Shown here in pieces: positions 27,416-32,015 of a stretch of 32,015 bases of DNA. Position numbers and translations under genes: made by a program. Where the stretch lies: the IMG/VR virus record IMGVR_UViG_2706794662_000017, one strand, 5' to 3'. The stretch is from a virus (taxonomy: Duplodnaviria > Heunggongvirae > Uroviricota > Caudoviricetes). How positions within the stretch are numbered: position 1 is the stretch's first letter; every line of letters begins with the position of its first letter. A model generated the notes under the pieces. That model was not told where the DNA came from. It was given only the letters and a program-made list of their open reading frames with translations, and did not search any database.

Positions 27416-27691
27416 ATGAACAAAGAAAATGTGATTACCCTGGACAATCCGGTCAAGCGTGGTGAGCAGGTTATCGAACAGGTCACGCTGATGAAACCCA
27501 GTGCGGGGACGCTGCGCGGTGTCAGTCTGGCTGCGGTCGCAAACTCAGAAGTCGATGCACTGATTAAGGTGCTGCCGCGCATGACGGCACCGATGCTGAC
27601 CGAGCAGGAAGTCGCCGCGCTGGAACTGCCTGACCTTGTGGCGCTGGCCGGTAAGGTGGTCGGTTTTTTGTCGCCGAACTCGGTGCAGTGA
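27416..27691 (+). CDS. E: Tail assembly chaperone E (P2 gpE)
   Basis: 91 aa; ends shortly after the T6G slippery site. Confidence 0.9.
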   Translation: MNKENVITLDNPVKRGEQVIEQVTLMKPSAGTLRGVSLAAVANSEVDALIKVLPRMTAPMLTEQEVAALELPDLVALAGKVVGFLSPNSVQ

Positions 27692-27843
27692 CGCTTCCGA
27701 AAAATCTGTCGGTCGATGACCTGATGGCGGATGTGGCAGTGATATTTCACTGGCCGCCATCAGAACTGTATCCCATGAGCCTGACCGAACTCATCACATG
27801 GCGCGAAAAGGCGCTCAGGCGAAGCGGAAACACGAATGAGTAA
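27416..27843 (+). CDS. E': Tail assembly chaperone E+E', made by -1 programmed ribosomal frameshift
   Basis: After a -1 slip at TTTTTTG the reading frame continues as FFVAELGAVTLPKNLSVDDLMADVAVIFHWPPSELYPMSLTELITWREKALRRSGNTNE to a TAA at 27841-27843, overlapping the T start. Confidence 0.8.
27664..27670 (+). promoter_or_regulatory. -1 frameshift slippery heptamer TTTTTTG
   Basis: Six T then G in the X XXY YYZ arrangement at the 3' end of E; the equivalent site is known in P2 E/E+E' and the lambda G/GT analogue. Confidence 0.8.
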
Positions 27844-30058
27844 CAATGTAAAATTACAGGTATTGCTCAGGGCTGTTGACCAGGCGTCCCGCCCGTTTAA
27901 ATCCATCCGCAGAGCGAGTAAGTTGCTGTCGGGGGATATCCGGGAAACACAAAAATCACTGCGCGAGCTGAACGGTCACGCATCCCGTATTGAGGGATTC
28001 CGCAAGACCAGTGCACAGCTCGCCGTGACTGGTCATGCACTTGAAAAGGCACGGCAGGAGGCCGAAGCCCTTGCCACACAGTTTAAAAACACCGAACGCC
28101 CGACCCGTGCTCAGGCGAAAGTGCTGGAATCCGCAAAGCGTGCGGCGGAGGACTTACAGGCGAAATATAACCGCCTGACAGATTCCGTTAAACGCCAGCA
28201 GCGGGAACTGGCCGCTGTGGGAATTAATACCCGCAATCTTGCACATGATGAGCAGGGACTGAAAAACCGTATCAGTGAAACCACCGCCCAGCTTAACCGG
28301 CAGCGTGACGCGCTGGCGCGTGTCAGTGCGCAACAGGCAAAACTTAACGCAGTCAAACAGCGTTATCAGGCCGGAAAGGAACTGGCCGGAAATATGGCCT
28401 CAGTGGGCGCTGCCGGTGTGGGGATTGCTGCTGCGGGAACGATAGCCGGAGTTAAGCTGCTGATGCCAGGTTATGAGTTTGCGCAGAAAAACTCAGAATT
28501 GCAGGCTGTGCTCGGTGTGGCAAAAGACTCCGCCGAAATGGCTGCACTCCGCAAGCAGGCGCGCCAGCTCGGTGACAACACCGCCGCCTCAGCGGATGAT
28601 GCGGNNNNNNNNNNNNNNNNNNNNNNNNNNNNNNNNNNNNNNNNNNNNNNNNNNNNNNNNNNNNNNNNNNNNNNNNNNNNNNNNNNNNNNNNNNNNNNNN
28701 NNNNNNNNNNNNNNNNNNNNNNNNNNNNNNNNNNNNNNNNNNNNNNNNNNNNNNNNNNNNNNNNNNNNNNNNNNNNNNNNNNNNNNNNNNNNNNNNNNNN
28801 NNNNNNNNNNNNNNNNNNNNNNNNNNNNNNNNNNNNNNNNNNNNNNNNNNNNNNAGAAATGCAGGCCAGCTTTGAGAAAAACCGGCTCGGTACTGCCCAG
28901 CAGGCCGAATACATGAAAACCATTTTCGGGGAGGAGGCCAGCTCAGCCGCCGCTGTGCTGATGACTGCCGCGTCAACCGGAAAGCTGGACAAACTGACCG
29001 CTGCGTTTAAAGCCTCAGACGGGAAGACCGCAGAGCTGGTAAATATCATGCAGGACAACCTCGGCGGTGACTTTAAGGAGTTTCAGTCCGCTTATGAGGC
29101 GGTGGGGACAGACCTGTTTGACCAGCAGGAAGGCGCGCTACGTAAGCTCACGCAGACGGCCACAAAGTATGTGTTAAAACTCGACGGCTGGGTACAGAAA
29201 AACAAATCACTGGCGTCAACCATTGGCCTCATTGCCGGTGGCGCGCTGGCGCTGACTGGCATCATCGGTGCAATTGGTCTTGTAGCCTGGCCGGTTATCA
29301 CCGGCATCAATGCCATCATCGCGGCAGCAGGCGCAATGGGGGCAATCTTCACGACGGTTGGTAGTGCCGTTATGACGGCCATCGGGGCGATTAGCTGGCC
29401 GGTTGTGGCTGTGGTGGCCGCCATTGTCGCCGGGGCGTTGCTTATCCGTAAATACTGGGAGCCTGTCAGCGCATTCTTTGGCGGTGTGGTTGAAGGGCTG
29501 AAAGCGGCATTTGCGCCGGTGGGGGAGCTGTTCACGCCACTGAAACCGGTGTTTGACTGGCTGGGCGAAAAGTTACAGGCTGCGTGGCAGTGGTTTAAAA
29601 ACCTGATTGCCCCGGTCAAAGCCACCCAGGACACCCTGAACCGTTGCCGTGACACGGGCGTCATGTTCGGGCAGGCACTGGCTGACGCGCTGATGCTGCC
29701 GCTTAATGCGTTCAACAAATTGCGCAGCGGCATTGACTGGGTACTGGAAAAGCTCGGGGTCATCAACAAAGAGTCAGACACACTTGACCAGACCGCCGCC
29801 AGAACTCATGCCGCCACGTATGGCACCGGTGGTTATATTCCGGCGACCAGCTCTTATGCAGGCTATCAGGCTTATCAGCCGGTCACGGCACCGGCTGGCC
29901 GCTCTTATGTGGACCAGAGTAAAAACGAATATCACATCAGCCTGACGGGTGGTACTGCACCGGGGACACAGCTTGACCGCCAGTTACAGGATGCGCTCGA
30001 AAAATACGAGCGGGATAAACGTGCGCGCGCCCGTGCCAGCATGATGCATGACGGTTAA
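27836..30058 (+). CDS. T: Tail tape measure protein (P2 gpT); internal 250-nt masked region
   Basis: 740-codon ORF; coiled-coil-rich N-terminus and Gly/Ala-rich hydrophobic central region; frame maintained across the N-run. Confidence 0.9.
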   Translation: MSNNVKLQVLLRAVDQASRPFKSIRRASKLLSGDIRETQKSLRELNGHASRIEGFRKTSAQLAVTGHALEKARQEAEALATQFKNTERPTRAQAKVLESAKRAAEDLQAKYNRLTDSVKRQQRELAAVGINTRNLAHDEQGLKNRISETTAQLNRQRDALARVSAQQAKLNAVKQRYQAGKELAGNMASVGAAGVGIAAAGTIAGVKLLMPGYEFAQKNSELQAVLGVAKDSAEMAALRKQARQLGDNTAASADDAXXXXXXXXXXXXXXXXXXXXXXXXXXXXXXXXXXXXXXXXXXXXXXXXXXXXXXXXXXXXXXXXXXXXXXXXXXXXXXXXXXXXEMQASFEKNRLGTAQQAEYMKTIFGEEASSAAAVLMTAASTGKLDKLTAAFKASDGKTAELVNIMQDNLGGDFKEFQSAYEAVGTDLFDQQEGALRKLTQTATKYVLKLDGWVQKNKSLASTIGLIAGGALALTGIIGAIGLVAWPVITGINAIIAAAGAMGAIFTTVGSAVMTAIGAISWPVVAVVAAIVAGALLIRKYWEPVSAFFGGVVEGLKAAFAPVGELFTPLKPVFDWLGEKLQAAWQWFKNLIAPVKATQDTLNRCRDTGVMFGQALADALMLPLNAFNKLRSGIDWVLEKLGVINKESDTLDQTAARTHAATYGTGGYIPATSSYAGYQAYQPVTAPAGRSYVDQSKNEYHISLTGGTAPGTQLDRQLQDALEKYERDKRARARASMMHDG
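28605..28854. other. Run of N (250 nt, masked or unsequenced)
   Basis: Literal N characters inside T. Confidence 1.
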
Positions 30059-30072
30059 GGAGGTGACGAAAA

Positions 30073-30552
30073 ATGATGCTCGCGTTAGGTATGTTTGTTT
30101 TTATGCGCCAGACGCTGCCACACCAGACCATGCAGCGTGAATCAGATTATCGCTGGCCGTCAAATTCCCGTATCGGTAAACGGGATGCCTATCAGTTTCT
30201 CGGTGTAGGTGAGGAGAACATCACACTTGCCGGTGTGCTTTATCCCGAACTGACTGGCGGAAAGCTGACGATGACCACGCTCAGACTGATGGCAGAGGAA
30301 GGCCGGGCGTGGCCGTTGCTGGATGGCACCGGCATGATTTACGGCATGTATGTCATCAGCAAGGTGAGTGAAACAGGGAGTATTTTCTTTGCAGACGGCA
30401 CACCACGGAAAATTGATTTTACGCTGTCGCTCACCCGCGTTGATGAGTCACTGGCCGCGCTTTATGGCGATATCGGTAAACAGGCGGAATCGCTCATCGG
30501 TAAGGCTGGCAGTATGGCGACTAAATTCACGGGTATGACGGGGGCGGGATAA
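30073..30552 (+). CDS. U: Tail protein U (P2 gpU)
   Basis: 159 aa; AAGGAGG RBS upstream. Confidence 0.9.
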   Translation: MMLALGMFVFMRQTLPHQTMQRESDYRWPSNSRIGKRDAYQFLGVGEENITLAGVLYPELTGGKLTMTTLRLMAEEGRAWPLLDGTGMIYGMYVISKVSETGSIFFADGTPRKIDFTLSLTRVDESLAALYGDIGKQAESLIGKAGSMATKFTGMTGAG

Positions 30553-31715
30553 TGCTGGATGCGCTGACATTTGATGCAGGCAGTACGCTGACGCCGGATT
30601 ACATGCTGATGCTCGACAGCAGGGATATTACCGGCAATATCAGCGACCGTCTGATGAGCATGACCCTGACGGATAACCGGGGCTTTGAGGCTGACCAGCT
30701 TGATATTGAACTGAACGATGCCGACGGGCAGGTCGGGCTGCCGGTTCGTGGCGCTGTCCTGACGGTGTATATCGGCTGGAAAGGTTTTGCCCTGGTATGC
30801 AAAGGGAAATTTACCGTTGATGAGGTTGAACACCGGGGCGCGCCGGATGTGGTCACCATCCGCGCCCGGAGTGCAGATTTTCGCGGGACGCTCAATTCCC
30901 GCCGTGAAGGCTCATGGCATGACATTACGCTCGGTGCGATTGTTGAGGCGATAGCCTCCCGTAACAGGCTGGAAGCCAGTGTCGCTCCGTCACTGGCCGG
31001 AATAAAAATTCCACACATCGACCAGTCGCAGGAGTCTGATGCGAAATTCCTGACCCGTCTTGCTGAACGCAACGGCGGCGAGGTGTCGGTAAAAATGGGA
31101 AAACTGCTGTTTCTCAAAGCGGGGCAGGGGGTGACGGCCAGCGGTAAAAAAATCCCGCAGATTACCATCACCCGCAGCGACGGCGACCGTCATCATTTTG
31201 CGATTGCTGACCGTGGAGCTTACACCGGCGTAACGGCAAAGTGGTTACACACCAAAGACCCGAAGCCGCAAAAGCAGAAGGTAAAACTGAAACGCAAAAA
31301 GAAAGAAAAACACCTGCGCGCACTGGAGCACCCGAAAGCGAAACCGGTCACGCAGAAGAAAGCGCCAAAAGTACCGGAAGCGCGCGAAGGTGAATACATG
31401 GCCGGTGAAGCTGACAACGTTTTTGCCCTGACCACGGTATATGCCACAAAAGCGCAGGCCATGCGCGCCGCTCAGGCGAAGTGGGATAAACTGCAACGGG
31501 GTGTAGCGGAGTTCTCCATCAGCCTGGCTACCGGTCGTGCAGATATTTACACGGAAACACCGGTTAAAGTGTCAGGCTTTAAGCGCGTCATAGACGAGCA
31601 GGACTGGACCATCACTAAGGTGACACATTGTCTCAATAATAGCGGCTTCACGACGTCCTTGGAGCTTGAGGTAAGGCTTTCTGATGTGGAGTACGAAACA
31701 GAAGATGATGAGTGA
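30552..31715 (+). CDS. D: Tail protein D (P2 gpD)
   Basis: 387 aa, start overlapping the U stop; P2 gpD size and position. Confidence 0.9.
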   Translation: MLDALTFDAGSTLTPDYMLMLDSRDITGNISDRLMSMTLTDNRGFEADQLDIELNDADGQVGLPVRGAVLTVYIGWKGFALVCKGKFTVDEVEHRGAPDVVTIRARSADFRGTLNSRREGSWHDITLGAIVEAIASRNRLEASVAPSLAGIKIPHIDQSQESDAKFLTRLAERNGGEVSVKMGKLLFLKAGQGVTASGKKIPQITITRSDGDRHHFAIADRGAYTGVTAKWLHTKDPKPQKQKVKLKRKKKEKHLRALEHPKAKPVTQKKAPKVPEAREGEYMAGEADNVFALTTVYATKAQAMRAAQAKWDKLQRGVAEFSISLATGRADIYTETPVKVSGFKRVIDEQDWTITKVTHCLNNSGFTTSLELEVRLSDVEYETEDDE

Positions 31716-31796
31716 CGTGGTTTATTTATCTGTTTGTTTTATAAGGATAAATTAACTAAAATGGCACCATCAACAAAACCGGAAGAGGTGCTCGCG

Positions 31797-32015
31797 ATGT
31801 TTCATTGTCCTTTATGCCAGCATGCCGCACATGCGCGTACAAGTCGCTATATCACTGACACGACAAAAGAGCGTTATCACCAGTGCCAGAACGTGAATTG
31901 CAGCGCCACGTTCATCACTTATGAGTCGGTACAGCGATACATCGTGAAGCCGGGAGAAGTCCACGCCGTAAGGCCGCACCCGTTGCCGTCAGGGCAGCAA
32001 ATTATGTGGATGTGA
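31797..32015 (+). CDS. ogr: Late gene transcriptional activator Ogr (zinc-finger)
   Basis: 72 aa from MFHCPLCQHAAHARTSRY, with CxxC...CxxxxC cysteines; matches P2 Ogr as I recall it. The ORF track starts 21 codons upstream; the stop is at the window end. Confidence 0.85.
   Translation: MFHCPLCQHAAHARTSRYITDTTKERYHQCQNVNCSATFITYESVQRYIVKPGEVHAVRPHPLPSGQQIMWM

Larger units (their letters stand above)
1..32015. mobile_element. P2-like temperate myovirus prophage, near-complete; att sites outside window
   Basis: Canonical P2 prophage gene order from int to ogr; most products match P2 proteins in length and sequence as I recall them; cos 19-mer present internally as expected for an integrated P2. 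Confidence 0.9.

Noticed and set aside
1-32015. tRNA, rRNA and CRISPR arrays
   Set aside because: No cloverleaf-like conserved tRNA signatures, rRNA-like segments or spacer-interspersed repeats noticed; the only tandem repeat is the in-frame tail-fibre repeat.

Overview
This window is an almost complete P2-like (Peduovirus-type) temperate myovirus prophage from an enterobacterial host, running from the integrase stop codon (position 1) to the ogr stop codon (32015); both att sites lie outside the window. Gene order is the canonical P2 prophage order: int, C, cox, B, four small ORFs, A, [cargo island], cos, Q, P, O, N, M, L, X, Y, K, lysA/B/C, R, S, V, W, J, I, H, G, [cargo island], FI, FII, E/E+E', T, U, D, ogr. 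Identifications rest on my recollection of P2 protein sequences and motifs read from the ORF translations; no searches were run. The two most interesting regions are AT-rich cargo islands at the two classical P2 variable loci. Island 1 (between A and cos, ~5831-8978) carries a complete C5-cytosine methyltransferase and, convergently, a tightly coupled two-gene operon: a DUF262/ParB-like protein plus a 226-aa protein with a C-terminal Rx4H (HEPN-like) motif. This pair is my best candidate for an undescribed anti-phage defence system. Island 2 (between G and FI, ~23695-25637) carries a single 472-aa antisense ORF with no motif I can recognise. Other notable points: a 1-nt frameshift splits the major capsid gene N, the tail fibre gene H contains ~3.7 tandem copies of a 132-nt repeat, the E/E+E' T6G slippery site is intact, and the cos 19-mer is present. 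Three runs of N (3479-3755, 18145-18396, 28605-28854) mask parts of A/orf83, S and T.
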